A stretch of DNA of 22,339 bases from a bacterium (GTDB taxonomy: Bacteria; Patescibacteriota; Microgenomatia; Daviesbacterales; UBA10151). The translations under genes were made by a program, and so were the position numbers. Shown here in pieces: positions 1-9,070 of this stretch (position 1 is its first letter; the number at the start of each line of letters is the position of its first letter). The DNA lies in NCBI GenBank assembly GCA_021786105.1, contig JAJYNW010000004.1:1-22339 (forward strand). Direction: 5' to 3'. Below the pieces are notes generated by a model that saw nothing but the letters and a program-made list of their open reading frames with translations, had not been told where the DNA came from and ran no database searches.

Positions 1-13
1 AATATTTTAGAAT

Positions 14-64
14 ATTAATGGACAGTTCACCTTCTCTCAACAGGAGGTCCTGTCCATTAATTTT
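14..64 (+). terminator. Long hairpin, probable intrinsic terminator of an upstream unit
   Basis: ATTAATGGACAG (14-25) is the perfect reverse complement of CTGTCCATTAAT (50-61). Inner stem ACCTTCT/AGGAGGT has one G-U pair. TTTT at 61-64. Confidence 0.55.
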
Positions 65-139
65 GCCCATAAGCTACCCCTTAAATGCAAATTAGTTAAT
101 TTCCTGGAATAAGTGCAGGTGGGTCAGCGGTCTAGCTGC

Positions 140-169
140 TTGCATTCAGCCTCAAGCTTGTGTTACAAT
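140..169 (+). promoter_or_regulatory. Sigma70-type promoter for the r-protein operon
   Basis: TTGCAT (140-145), 18-nt spacer, TACAAT (164-169), with extended -10 TG at 161-162. Confidence 0.65.
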
Positions 170-175
170 TTCCTT

Positions 176-385
176 ACATGAGTAGATCAGGTTAAATTTT
201 TAACCTAAAATTTCAGTAGATCGCGCGTCTGAAAACGATACGGCGGTTGAAAGCGAGATACTGAGTGAGCTCAGGCGCAGCCTGACTCACTCTTTTTAGT
301 GGGTACAAAAATCGTTTAGATTTTTGTACAGGACAACAACATTTTATCGACAGAGTCGAAATATAATGCGAAGTTGTCACAGGAT
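176..385 (+). promoter_or_regulatory. Structured 5' leader of rplC (candidate r-protein leader/attenuator)
   Basis: Successive hairpins at 189-206, 263-292 (+TTTTT), 303-329 and 332-378. No ORF of 60 aa or more on + before rplC. Confidence 0.55.
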
Positions 386-1183
386 ATGATAAACACTTTA
401 CTAGGTATAAAAAAAGAAATGACAAGTACATATGATTCCCGCGGAAGAAGGGTGGGAGCAACTGTGGTGGAAATTATGCCAAACCAAGTTACCCAGGTAA
501 AAACTACGGATGGGAAAGATGGTTATAACAGTGTGCAGTTGGGAGTGGGTACTAAAAAATCAGTCAGAAAGCCTCAGCTTGGTCACGGCAAAAAAGCCGG
601 GATCGAACAGCCGATTCGCTGGTTTAGAGAAGTTAGGGAAGCCGGAGAAGAATTACAACCTGGAACAGAAATTAAACTGAACCAGGTTTTTTCAATCGGC
701 GATGCAGTTAAAGTGAGTGGGACTTCAAAGGGTAGAGGGTTTCAGGGTGGAGTCAGACGACATGGTTTCCATGGCGGACCAAAAACTCACGGTCAATCTG
801 ACCGGCTTCGGGCTCCGGGTGCAATCGGTTCAGGTACTACACCGGGAAGAGTTTATAAAGGTAAAAAGATGGCAGGCCATATGGGTTCAGAAAGAGTCAG
901 TGTAAAGAATTTGGAGGTTATTGGTTTGAATAGGGAAAAGAGTTTATTGATAGTTAAAGGTGGTATTCCGGGGCCGGCTGGTACATTAATTGTGGTTACA
1001 AAATTGGGAAGAATTAAGGGTTATACTCCTCCGCCGGAAGAGAAACCAGATGAGGAAGAAGAAAAAGCAGAAGAAGCTAAAGCAGAAAGCGCAGAGCCAA
1101 AAAATGAAGAAGTAAAGGCAGAGGAGGAATCCGTCTCCATTGAAGCTTCGGTGGACAAGGAAGGAGAACAAAATGCTAGTTAA
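386..1183 (+). CDS. rplC: 50S ribosomal protein L3 with acidic C-terminal extension
   Basis: DGYNSVQLG, GTSKGRGFQG, THGQ..RAPGAIG and PGRVYKGKKMAGHMG motifs. ATG at 386 preferred over TTG at 374. Confidence 0.97.
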   Translation: MINTLLGIKKEMTSTYDSRGRRVGATVVEIMPNQVTQVKTTDGKDGYNSVQLGVGTKKSVRKPQLGHGKKAGIEQPIRWFREVREAGEELQPGTEIKLNQVFSIGDAVKVSGTSKGRGFQGGVRRHGFHGGPKTHGQSDRLRAPGAIGSGTTPGRVYKGKKMAGHMGSERVSVKNLEVIGLNREKSLLIVKGGIPGPAGTLIVVTKLGRIKGYTPPPEEKPDEEEEKAEEAKAESAEPKNEEVKAEEESVSIEASVDKEGEQNAS

Positions 1184-1973
1184 GAATTCAAAAACCAAAG
1201 ATCAAAAGTCAAAAATGGTCAACAAAAAACAGTCTGTCATCCTGAGCGAAGCGCAGGATCTCAAGATTAAAAAGCAAAAATCTGGAGATTCCTCGCTAGT
1301 CACTCGGAATGACAAACCAGTGTCAGCTCGTGGAAGCCTATCCGTTCCAGTGTATTCTCTGGTTGGTAATGCAGCTGGGACTTTAGCTTTACCAAAGGAA
1401 TTTTTTGGTCAAAAGGTTAACAAAAATCTGTTATCGCAAGCAATTAGGGTTTATGCAACTAACCAAAAAGTTTTGCTAGGTTCTACCAAAACCCGGGGTG
1501 AAGTTGAAGGTTCGACCGCCAAAATTTTCCGACAAAAAGGTACCGGTCGGGCCAGACACGGTGCAGTCCGGGCTCCGATTTTTGTCGGCGGTGGAATTGC
1601 CTTAGGTCCTAAGCCGCGCAAAGTCATGCTAGCTTTACCAAAGAAGATGAAAAAAGCCGCACTTTTGTCTGCTCTTTCGGCCAAGGCAGCTGACGAAGCC
1701 GTAGTCGGGTTAACCGGAGTGGAAAAAGCCACGGGTAAAACCAAAGAACTATTTAAAGTTTTAAATAAAATTACCGGTGAGAAAGCTGCAAAAAGTGCTT
1801 TAGTTATGCTGGACGGAAAAGCTGATAATGCGGTTAGGGCAATTAGAAATATTCCCGGAATTAGTGTGTTGCCCGCAAATTTGATTAATGCTTATGAAGT
1901 GTTAAAACACGATATGTTGATTCTGACAAAAGAAGCAGTTGAGAAATTAAGCAAACCAGAGGTTAAGGAATGA
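1173..1973 (+). CDS. rplD: 50S ribosomal protein L4 with basic N-terminal extension
   Basis: [18 protein letters not shown] and APIFVGGG motifs. ATG 1173 is preceded by AAGGAG (1161-1166). Confidence 0.96.
   Translation: MLVKNSKTKDQKSKMVNKKQSVILSEAQDLKIKKQKSGDSSLVTRNDKPVSARGSLSVPVYSLVGNAAGTLALPKEFFGQKVNKNLLSQAIRVYATNQKVLLGSTKTRGEVEGSTAKIFRQKGTGRARHGAVRAPIFVGGGIALGPKPRKVMLALPKKMKKAALLSALSAKAADEAVVGLTGVEKATGKTKELFKVLNKITGEKAAKSALVMLDGKADNAVRAIRNIPGISVLPANLINAYEVLKHDMLILTKEAVEKLSKPEVKE
1235..1314. repeat. REP/RPE-like palindromic element within the rplD reading frame
   Basis: TGTCATCCTGAGCGAAGCGCAGGATCTC (1235-1262) and GAGATTCCTCGCTAGTCACTCGGAATGACA (1285-1314) form an imperfect inverted repeat. 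A related arm occurs at 6508-6537. Confidence 0.75.
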
Positions 1974-2407
1974 AAATGATAATTTTAAGACGACCAATTA
2001 TTACTGAAAAATCAATGAAGCTGGCTCAAACCGGATTGTATACTTTCGAGGTAGATAAAGCAGCCACGAAGCCTTTAATTGCTAAGAAAGTGGCGGAGAA
2101 GTTTAATGTTAAAGTTTTGAAAGTTAAGGTAATAAATGTTAAGGGAAGAGAAAAATCACAAAGAGCAGTCCGGAAATCTTATTTGACTTCAGGATTTAAA
2201 AAAGCCCTTGTTCAAGTTGGTAAAGGTCAAACAATTGCCATTTTTGAAGCGCCGAAAGAGGAGCAAGTGACCGTGACAACTGCCGAAGGAGAGCCAATCA
2301 AGCTGAAAGAGAAAAAGGATATTTTGGGTCGGACTAAAGTTAAGGTGGAGAAAACAGCCGTAGGAGCGGCACCAACTACCCAAAGAAAGGTAATAACAGG
2401 TAAGTAA
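1970..2407 (+). CDS. rplW: 50S ribosomal protein L23 with ~50-aa C-terminal extension
   Basis: RPIITEKS, YTFEV, FNVKV and KKALV motifs; operon position. Confidence 0.95.
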   Translation: MKMIILRRPIITEKSMKLAQTGLYTFEVDKAATKPLIAKKVAEKFNVKVLKVKVINVKGREKSQRAVRKSYLTSGFKKALVQVGKGQTIAIFEAPKEEQVTVTTAEGEPIKLKEKKDILGRTKVKVEKTAVGAAPTTQRKVITGK

Positions 2408-2408
2408 T

Positions 2409-3161
2409 ATGGAAACAGTGATAGCACCAAGAGGTTTAAAGACATTATTAAAAAAGCATGCCGGTAGGTCTAATGGCGTGTTGACAGTACGTGGCCAGGG
2501 CGGCAGACACAAAAGATATTATCGGGAGATTGATTTTAAGCGGAATAAATTCGATGTCACCGGTGAGGTGGTAGCTTTAGAGTATGATCCAAACCGGAAT
2601 GTTCAAATTGCCCTAGTTAAATATGAAGACGGAGAATACCGGTACATTTTGGCGCCAAAAGGGATGGTAAAAGGAGATAAGATCATGTCCGGAGAAAAAG
2701 TTGAAGCTAAAGCCGCTAATGCCATGAGGCTAAAAAATATTCCAATTGGAACTCTGGTACATAATGTGGAATTGACCCCTGGGATGGGTGGACAATTAGG
2801 CCGGAGTGCCGGCATGTCTTTGCAGGTGTTGGCTAAAGAAGGCGATTTTGCCCATTTGAAAATGCCGTCCGGTGAGGTTAGAATGATACCTTTGCAATCG
2901 ATGGCCACAATCGGCAGTTTGGGTAATGAAGAGATTAGGCAAAGGGTATTAGGTAAAGCCGGCCGATCCCGCCATATGGGGATAAAGCCGACTGTTCGGG
3001 GTGTAGCTCAAGATCCGGATTCTCATCCACACGGAGGAGGAGAAGGTAGAAGTGGAATTGGGAGAAAGCGGCCGATGACTAAATATGGCCGGCCGGCAGT
3101 GGGTAAGACCAGAAACAAAAAGAAATGGACAAGCAAGTACATAATTAAAAGGAGAAAATAA
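2409..3161 (+). CDS. rplB: 50S ribosomal protein L2 (short N-terminus)
   Basis: [28 protein letters not shown] and HPHGGGEGR motifs. Confidence 0.97.
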   Translation: METVIAPRGLKTLLKKHAGRSNGVLTVRGQGGRHKRYYREIDFKRNKFDVTGEVVALEYDPNRNVQIALVKYEDGEYRYILAPKGMVKGDKIMSGEKVEAKAANAMRLKNIPIGTLVHNVELTPGMGGQLGRSAGMSLQVLAKEGDFAHLKMPSGEVRMIPLQSMATIGSLGNEEIRQRVLGKAGRSRHMGIKPTVRGVAQDPDSHPHGGGEGRSGIGRKRPMTKYGRPAVGKTRNKKKWTSKYIIKRRK

Positions 3162-3445
3162 TGGCTAGATCAGTTAAAAAAGGACCATTTATTGATGAAA
3201 AATTAATGAAAAAAGTAATGGCGCAAAAAGCCGGCGGGGCTAAAGGGCCGATTAAGACCTGGGCCAGAAGATCACAAATTCCGCCGGAATTTGTCGGTCA
3301 CACTTTCTTGGTGCATCAGGGCAAAAACTTTGTGAGCGTGTTTGTGTCAGAATCGATGGTGGGGCACAGGTTGGGTGAATTTGCTCCGACCCGGTTGTTC
3401 CGCGGTCATGGAAAGGTGACCGAAAAGAGCACATCCAAGACATAA
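3161..3445 (+). CDS. rpsS: 30S ribosomal protein S19
   Basis: [17 protein letters not shown] and [13 protein letters not shown] motifs. Confidence 0.98.
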   Translation: MARSVKKGPFIDEKLMKKVMAQKAGGAKGPIKTWARRSQIPPEFVGHTFLVHQGKNFVSVFVSESMVGHRLGEFAPTRLFRGHGKVTEKSTSKT

Positions 3446-3461
3446 TATTAGGAATAAAAAT

Positions 3462-3872
3462 ATGGAAATACAAACAATACAGAAATATTTACACACCAGT
3501 CCCCGCAAATTGCGGTTAGTGGCTGACATGATTCGTAAAATGGAGCCGGCCAGAGCGGTGGACGTTTTAGGCATAACCCCTAAGGCTGCTGCACAAGATT
3601 TGGAAAAGGCCTTAAAAACGGTTTTGGCCAATGCCAAGCATCAGGGCGTGGATGCATCAAAATTAATTTTTAAAAAGATTGAAATAAATGAAAGCATGAA
3701 GATGCGCCGTTTCAGGGCCGGAACCCGCGGCAGAGTTAAACCATACAAAAAGAGAATGAGTCATATCAAGATAGTGCTGAGTGACGAACAAGGTCAAGAG
3801 TCTGGAGTTAAGAGTCTGGAGTTAAGTAAAAAAACAGTAAAATCTAAAGAAGAGAAAGGAGTAAAGTCCTAG
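3462..3872 (+). CDS. rplV: 50S ribosomal protein L22 with C-terminal extension
   Basis: SPRKLRLVADMIR, ANAKH and KRMSHIKIVL motifs. Confidence 0.96.
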   Translation: MEIQTIQKYLHTSPRKLRLVADMIRKMEPARAVDVLGITPKAAAQDLEKALKTVLANAKHQGVDASKLIFKKIEINESMKMRRFRAGTRGRVKPYKKRMSHIKIVLSDEQGQESGVKSLELSKKTVKSKEEKGVKS

Positions 3873-3896
3873 ACTCTAGATTCTAGCGACCAGTCA
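3791..3896. repeat. Heptamer-period tandem arrays at the rplV 3' end, in opposite orientations
   Basis: AAGAGTCTGGAGTT x2 (3796-3823, perfect). Downstream CTAGACT-CTAGATT-CTAGCGA-CCAGTCA (3869-3896) contains AGACTC, complementary to GAGTCT. Confidence 0.6.
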
Positions 3897-3902
3897 CTAC
3901 CT

Positions 3903-4544
3903 ATGGGACAAAAAATTCATCCGGTTGGTTTTAGAATGGGAATTGGTGCAGTCTGGAAATCCAGGTGGTTTGCTAATGGTTTGAAATACAAGCAATACTT
4001 AAATGAAGATTTGAAGATTCGGGATCTGTTAATGAAAAAATTACGACCGGCAGGAATTGGGTCAGTCGAGATTGAAAGGGCTGTTAATAAATTGAAAGTA
4101 ATTATTCACGTTTCCCGACCGGGAGTTTTAATTGGCCGGGGCGGATCAGGTTTGACTGAGGTTAAGAAGTTTTTGATGCGGGAGTTGAAAATCAAAAACG
4201 AAAATAGTTTAGAAGTTGCACCAATGGAGTTAAAATCAGCAGACCTTTCAGCTTATTTGGTGGCCCAATCGGTGGCGGAACAGTTGGCGAGGCGGATGCC
4301 GGCCCAGAGAGTGATGAATCAGGCAATTGAGCGAGTGATGAGAAGTGGGGCAAAAGGAGTCAGGATTGTTTTATCCGGAAGAATTGGCGGAGCAGAAATT
4401 GCCAGACGCGAGTGGAAAGCTGCCGGAACTATGCCTTTACATACTTTGCGGTCTGATATAGACTTTGTGGCTTATCCGGCTTTAACCAAGTCCGGTTATG
4501 TGGGTGTAAAAGTTTGGATTAACAAAGGGGAGGTGGAAATATAA
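3903..4544 (+). CDS. rpsC: 30S ribosomal protein S3
   Basis: [42 protein letters not shown] and GVKVWI motifs. Confidence 0.98.
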   Translation: MGQKIHPVGFRMGIGAVWKSRWFANGLKYKQYLNEDLKIRDLLMKKLRPAGIGSVEIERAVNKLKVIIHVSRPGVLIGRGGSGLTEVKKFLMRELKIKNENSLEVAPMELKSADLSAYLVAQSVAEQLARRMPAQRVMNQAIERVMRSGAKGVRIVLSGRIGGAEIARREWKAAGTMPLHTLRSDIDFVAYPALTKSGYVGVKVWINKGEVEI

Positions 4545-4545
4545 T

Positions 4546-4956
4546 ATGGGACTGCTACAACCAAAAAGAATGAAGCATAGGAAAACCTTTAAGGGCAAAA
4601 GAGGTGGGGTAGCCACTCGGGGCAATGCTATATCTTTTGGTAGCTTTGGTCTAAAGTCGATGGAAGCTGGTTTTATTACCGCCCGACAACTGGAAGCAGC
4701 TAGACGTGCTATGGCTCACTTTACCCAAAGAGGCGGCCGGATTTGGATTAGAGTGTTTCCTGATAAGCCAGTCACCAAGCATCCGGCCGAATCAAGGATG
4801 GGTTCAGGTAAGGGTGATGTGGAAGGGTATGTGGCAGTGGTTAAGCCCGGAAGCTTAATTTTTGAAATGGGAGCTGTGGCAAAGGCAACAGCTGAAGAGG
4901 CGTTAAGGTTAGCTGCTCATAAACTGCCGGTTGGAACTAAATTTGTAGAAAAATAA
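4546..4956 (+). CDS. rplP: 50S ribosomal protein L16
   Basis: [28 protein letters not shown] and AAHKLP motifs. Confidence 0.98.
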   Translation: MGLLQPKRMKHRKTFKGKRGGVATRGNAISFGSFGLKSMEAGFITARQLEAARRAMAHFTQRGGRIWIRVFPDKPVTKHPAESRMGSGKGDVEGYVAVVKPGSLIFEMGAVAKATAEEALRLAAHKLPVGTKFVEK

Positions 4957-5006
4957 AATTATAAAAACCTTATGAAGAACCTTGAATTTTTGAAAGGATC
5001 AAAAAT

Positions 5007-5324
5007 ATGAAAAAAGATGAGTTTATACAATTGAAGGGATCAGATTTAAAAGAATTAAAACTTAAGGCGAAAACCTTGAGGGAAGAAATTGCCAATCTAG
5101 TATTGGATAAAAATATGAAAAAATTAAAAGATTTAAAAGCAATTTATAAAAAGAAAAAAGATTTGGCAAAAGTTTTGACTGTTGGCAGACAGAAAGAGTT
5201 ACTAGTACAGTTAGAGTCAGAAGCGTCAAAAGCTGATAAAAAAGCAGAGGTTGTAGCGGATTCTTTAGAGGAATCTAAAACAAAAAAGGAGAAAGGACAA
5301 AAATTGTCCAAAAATAAAGAATGA
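5007..5324 (+). CDS. rpmC: 50S ribosomal protein L29 with C-terminal extension
   Basis: Position between rplP and rpsQ; helical basic core with KKDLAKVLT matching the L29 (R/K)KxIARxxT pattern. Confidence 0.88.
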   Translation: MKKDEFIQLKGSDLKELKLKAKTLREEIANLVLDKNMKKLKDLKAIYKKKKDLAKVLTVGRQKELLVQLESEASKADKKAEVVADSLEESKTKKEKGQKLSKNKE

Positions 5325-5734
5325 TAGGTAGAGTTGTATCGACAAAAATGAATCATACGGTTAGTGTTTTGGTGGAAAGAGTAGCCAGGCATCCGTTATA
5401 TAAAAAGGTTTTTATCCGGAGTAAGAAATATTTGGTGGATGACCTGATAGGCGTGAAGGAAGGTGATGTGGTGGAAATTGTCAAAATCAGACCCGTTTCT
5501 AAGAATAAACACTGGCAGGTGACTAAGGTGGTAGGAAGAAATCTGGAAGAGATCACAGAGGGAATACTGAAAACTCAAGCTGAAGAAGTGATTTCGGAAG
5601 CAATGCCGGAAGAAAAGAAAGGGCCAGAGATCAAAAGTGTTAGCGAGTCAGTAGATCAGCAAGTCAGTAAGCCAGAAGAATCAGCAGAAAAGTCAAAACG
5701 TAGAGCAGCTGCAAGAAAGAAGGAGACTAAATAA
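5321..5734 (+). CDS. rpsQ: 30S ribosomal protein S17 with C-terminal extension
   Basis: GRVVSTKM, HPLYKK, GDVVEI and RPVSKNKHW motifs. Confidence 0.96.
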   Translation: MIGRVVSTKMNHTVSVLVERVARHPLYKKVFIRSKKYLVDDLIGVKEGDVVEIVKIRPVSKNKHWQVTKVVGRNLEEITEGILKTQAEEVISEAMPEEKKGPEIKSVSESVDQQVSKPEESAEKSKRRAAARKKETK

Positions 5735-6103
5735 ATGGTACAGCATAGAACAAGATTAACAGTAGCAGATAATAGCGGAGCAAAGTCGATTCAAGTAATC
5801 CAGCCTTTGGGTGGTTCAGGTAAGAGAAAGGCTACCTTAGGGCAAACTGTAGTCGGGGTGGTGAAAGGGGCAGATCCTAATGGCCAGGTTAAAGCTCATG
5901 AAGTGATTAAAGTGGTAATTGTCAGAACTAAAAAGGAAGTCAGGCGGGATGATGGTTCATATATCAAGTTTGATGATAACGCGGGAGTGGTCGTGGATAA
6001 TGACGGTAATTTACGGGCTACCCGGATTTTTGGTCCGATTGCCAGAGAAGTACGGGATGCCGGATTTGCTAAGATTATTTCGCTGGCACAGGAGGTATGG
6101 TAA
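5735..6103 (+). CDS. rplN: 50S ribosomal protein L14
   Basis: VADNSGAK, IKFDDNA, TRIFGPIARE and KIISLA motifs. Confidence 0.98.
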   Translation: MVQHRTRLTVADNSGAKSIQVIQPLGGSGKRKATLGQTVVGVVKGADPNGQVKAHEVIKVVIVRTKKEVRRDDGSYIKFDDNAGVVVDNDGNLRATRIFGPIAREVRDAGFAKIISLAQEVW

Positions 6104-6155
6104 TGAAAATAGACGGGGACTATTTTCATTTTAAGATTAAGGAGTATTAATAATT

Positions 6156-6488
6156 ATGAAAATTAAAAAAGGTGATAAAGTCAAAATACTTTTAGGCAAA
6201 GACAGAGGTAAAGAAGGTAAAGTTGAGTATGTACGAGGCAAAGACAAAAAAGTCTTTGTCGGCGGAGCTAACCTTTATAAGAGACATGTTAGGAGACAGG
6301 GGGGTATTGAAGGCGGAATTATAGACCTTCCTAAGCCGCTTGATATTTCTAATGTAGCCTTAGTTTGTCCTAATTGTAATAAGATAACCAGAGTCGGTTA
6401 TAAGCAAATCTTGCCTTCTGGCGAAGTTAAAATAACGGGAAATATAAAAGCGAGAATTTGTAAAAAATGCAAGAAGGAGGTTAAGTGA
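6156..6488 (+). CDS. rplX: 50S ribosomal protein L24 (CxxC...CxxC form)
   Basis: MKIKKGDKV, GKDRGKEGKV, ISNVALVCPNC and RICKKC motifs. Confidence 0.97.
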   Translation: MKIKKGDKVKILLGKDRGKEGKVEYVRGKDKKVFVGGANLYKRHVRRQGGIEGGIIDLPKPLDISNVALVCPNCNKITRVGYKQILPSGEVKITGNIKARICKKCKKEVK

Positions 6489-6489
6489 G

Positions 6490-6537
6490 CTGAGCGGAAT
6501 CATTAGCGAGATCCTTCGCTAATAGCTCAGGATGACA
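6490..6537. repeat. Palindromic element related to the rplD element
   Basis: Stems CTGAGC/GCTCAG and ATTAGCGA/TCGCTAAT. The reverse complement of 6508-6537 (TGTCATCCTGAGCTATTAGCGAAGGATCTC) shares its first 13 and last 8 nt with 1235-1262. Confidence 0.7.
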
Positions 6538-6576
6538 ATTTGGATTTAAAAATTGTATTCAAATTGTCAAGTTACT

Positions 6577-7116
6577 ATGAATAGGTTTAAAGATAAGTAT
6601 ATAAAAGAGGTACAACCTAAATTACAGGAAGAATTGGGTTTAAAAAATAGAATGGCGGTTCCGAGACTTGAGAAAATTGTTTTGAGTATTGGTTTGGGAG
6701 AGGCCAAGGATAACAGTGGTATTCTAGATAAAGTCAGGGTTTATTTTGTCCAGTTGGCCGGACAAGCGCCAGTGGTGACTTTGGCTAAAAAATCAATCGC
6801 AGCTTTTAAAGTCAGCCAGGGTCAGCCCATTGGGATGATGGTGACTTTAAGAGGTGATAAAATGTATGCTTTCTTGGATAAATTGATAAATATCGTTTTG
6901 CCAAAAGTGCGGGATTTTAGGGGGATATCGCAGAACTCTTTTGATTCTCACGGAAATTTAAATATTGGTTTGAAGGAACAAATTATTTTTCCGGAAGTTG
7001 ACTATAAAAGCGTTGACAGAACAAGGGGCTTGGCAGTTACTATCACGACAACTGCCAGGAACAAGGAGGAAGGCAAAAAATTACTGGAATATTTAGGAAT
7101 GCCTTTTAGGAGTTAA
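6577..7116 (+). CDS. rplE: 50S ribosomal protein L5
   Basis: [31 protein letters not shown] and EQIIFPE motifs. ATG 6577 preferred over TTG 6553. Confidence 0.97.
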   Translation: MNRFKDKYIKEVQPKLQEELGLKNRMAVPRLEKIVLSIGLGEAKDNSGILDKVRVYFVQLAGQAPVVTLAKKSIAAFKVSQGQPIGMMVTLRGDKMYAFLDKLINIVLPKVRDFRGISQNSFDSHGNLNIGLKEQIIFPEVDYKSVDRTRGLAVTITTTARNKEEGKKLLEYLGMPFRS

Positions 7117-7117
7117 T

Positions 7118-7297
7118 ATGGCTAAAGTATCAAATATTGTAAAAAAGAAATTTAAATATGAAGTTCAAAAAAGAAATCGCTGTATGCGGTGCGGCAGGCC
7201 GAGAGGATATATCAGCAAATTCGGTCTTTGCAGACTTTGTTTTAGAGAATTAGCACATGTGGGATTACTTCCCGGTGTGAAGAAAGCGAGTTGGTAA
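7118..7297 (+). CDS. rpsN: 30S ribosomal protein S14, short zinc-binding type (59 aa; not in the ORF track)
   Basis: Hand translation: [59 protein letters not shown]. Confidence 0.97.
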   Translation: MAKVSNIVKKKFKYEVQKRNRCMRCGRPRGYISKFGLCRLCFRELAHVGLLPGVKKASW

Positions 7298-7301
7298 TAT
7301 T

Positions 7302-7676
7302 ATGGATCCAGTTGCAGATGCATTAATTAGAATTAAAAACGGTTATTCGGTTGGTAAAGTGTCAGTCCAGCTGAGGTTTTCCAAATTAATTTGGAAGCTC
7401 GTAAAATTGCTGCAGGAGGAAGGATATCTTTCCGATGTCGAGCAAAAAGACGGGGGTATTGTAGCGACCTTAAAATACGATGCCCGGACTCCGGTTCTGA
7501 CCGATATCAAAAGAGTTTCCCGACCGTCCCTGCGGATCTATAAAGGAGTTAAAGATCTGCCGAGAGTTTTGAACGGGCTGGGTATTGCGATTGTTTCCAC
7601 ACCCAAGGGTTTGATGACCGATAAACAAGCACGAAAGCAAAAAGTAGGAGGGGAGGTACTGGCTTTAGTCTGGTAA
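7302..7676 (+). CDS. rpsH: 30S ribosomal protein S8
   Basis: MDPVADALIRIKN, RVSRPSLRIY, GLGIAIVSTPKG and VGGEVL motifs. Confidence 0.97.
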   Translation: MDPVADALIRIKNGYSVGKVSVQLRFSKLIWKLVKLLQEEGYLSDVEQKDGGIVATLKYDARTPVLTDIKRVSRPSLRIYKGVKDLPRVLNGLGIAIVSTPKGLMTDKQARKQKVGGEVLALVW

Positions 7677-7681
7677 AAATT

Positions 7682-8248
7682 ATGAGCAGAATTGGAAATG
7701 CACCTATCCTAATACCGTCCGGAGTTACAGTTTCAAAAGCTGACCGAGTGATTAGCGTGACCGGTCCCAAAGGAGATTTGAGTTTAAGTTTTGATCCGTC
7801 GATCGAGGTGGAAATTGAAGGGAATAAAGTAATAGTTAAAAGGAAGAGCGAGCAAAAAAGGGTTAAGGCTTTGCACGGATTGACCAGAAATTTAATTGCC
7901 AACATGATTATAGGAGTAACTAACCTTTGGAGTAAAAATTTGGAATTGGTAGGGGTGGGATTTAGGGCGCAAGTTAACGGAAATAAATTAGTGCTTAATG
8001 TTGGATATTCTCATCAGGTGGAAATTATTGCTCCACAAGGAATTAACTTTGAAGTAGCTGATAACACCAAAATTAAAGTATCAGGGATTGATAAACAATT
8101 AGTGGGTCAGATAGCAGCTAATATCAAAAAGGTCAGAGTGCCGGATGTATATAAAGGTAAAGGGATAAGATATCAGGGTGAGTATATCAGAAAGAAGTTA
8201 GGAAAGAGTGCTAAAGTCGGGGCAGCTGGGGCCGGAGGAGGCAAGTAA
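7682..8248 (+). CDS. rplF: 50S ribosomal protein L6
   Basis: MSRIG, VTGPKG, LELVGVGFRA, GIDKQLVGQ and PDVYKGKGIRY motifs. Confidence 0.98.
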   Translation: MSRIGNAPILIPSGVTVSKADRVISVTGPKGDLSLSFDPSIEVEIEGNKVIVKRKSEQKRVKALHGLTRNLIANMIIGVTNLWSKNLELVGVGFRAQVNGNKLVLNVGYSHQVEIIAPQGINFEVADNTKIKVSGIDKQLVGQIAANIKKVRVPDVYKGKGIRYQGEYIRKKLGKSAKVGAAGAGGGK

Positions 8249-8254
8249 TAAATT

Positions 8255-8590
8255 ATGTATAAATCATTAAGAGTAAGAAAACATACCAGAGTCAGAAAAA
8301 AGATAGCTGGAACTAAAGACAAGCCAAGATTGGCAGTATTTCGATCCGGTAGGCATATTTATGCTCAAATTATTGATGACCAAGTTGGTAAAACCTTGGC
8401 TTGGGCAAATGATTTTAAGCTAGCCAAAGAGCAGAAAGCGAAAAAGGCTTATGAAGTAGGTAAAGAGTTGGCAGAAAAAGCTTTAAAGATTAAAATTAAA
8501 AAGGTAGTATTTGACCGGGGTGGATTTTTATATCATGGTCGGGTAGCAGAGTTAAGTAAAGGTGCCAGAGAAGGAGGATTGGAGTTCTAA
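8255..8590 (+). CDS. rplR: 50S ribosomal protein L18
   Basis: [31 protein letters not shown] and AREGGLEF motifs. Confidence 0.98.
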   Translation: MYKSLRVRKHTRVRKKIAGTKDKPRLAVFRSGRHIYAQIIDDQVGKTLAWANDFKLAKEQKAKKAYEVGKELAEKALKIKIKKVVFDRGGFLYHGRVAELSKGAREGGLEF

Positions 8591-9069
8591 TGGATTTTAA
8601 GAATAAAACACAACAAAATACAGAACTAGCGGAATTTTTTGAAAGAGTTGTTCAAGTCAACCGCGTGTCTAAAAAAACCAAAGGTGGAGATAAGCGGTCT
8701 TTGTCTGTACTGGTGGTAGTGGGAGATAAAAAAGGCAAGGTGGGAGTAGGTTTAGGTAAGGCAGCTGAGGTGCAGGCAGCGGTTAGAAAAGCTACCAGCT
8801 ATGCAAAAAAGCATTTAATTGAGGTGCCTTTAAAAGGTCGGACTATCCCTCATCCGATTTTGGTCAAAAATGGGGCGGCAAGAGTATTACTTAAGCCGGC
8901 GCCGGTTGGTACCGGAGTTATTGCCGGCGGAGCAGTCAGGGTGGTAGTGGAAGCAGCGGGTATTCATGATATTGTGTCTAAGGTTTTGGGTACTAAAAAC
9001 CAAGCTTCCAATGTTTATGCCACTTTGGATGCACTAGGCAGATTAAAAAAGGTTAACGGAGATAAATAA
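8590..9069 (+). CDS. rpsE: 30S ribosomal protein S5
   Basis: VNRVSKKTKGG, VVVGD, GLGKA and LKPAPVGTGVIAGG motifs. Confidence 0.97.
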   Translation: MDFKNKTQQNTELAEFFERVVQVNRVSKKTKGGDKRSLSVLVVVGDKKGKVGVGLGKAAEVQAAVRKATSYAKKHLIEVPLKGRTIPHPILVKNGAARVLLKPAPVGTGVIAGGAVRVVVEAAGIHDIVSKVLGTKNQASNVYATLDALGRLKKVNGDK

Positions 9070-9070
9070 T

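Noticed and set aside
1030-1183. Glu/Lys-rich low-complexity tails on L3 (likewise L29 and L17)
   Set aside because: Common in CPR and other lineages; no DNA-level periodicity found in these tails.
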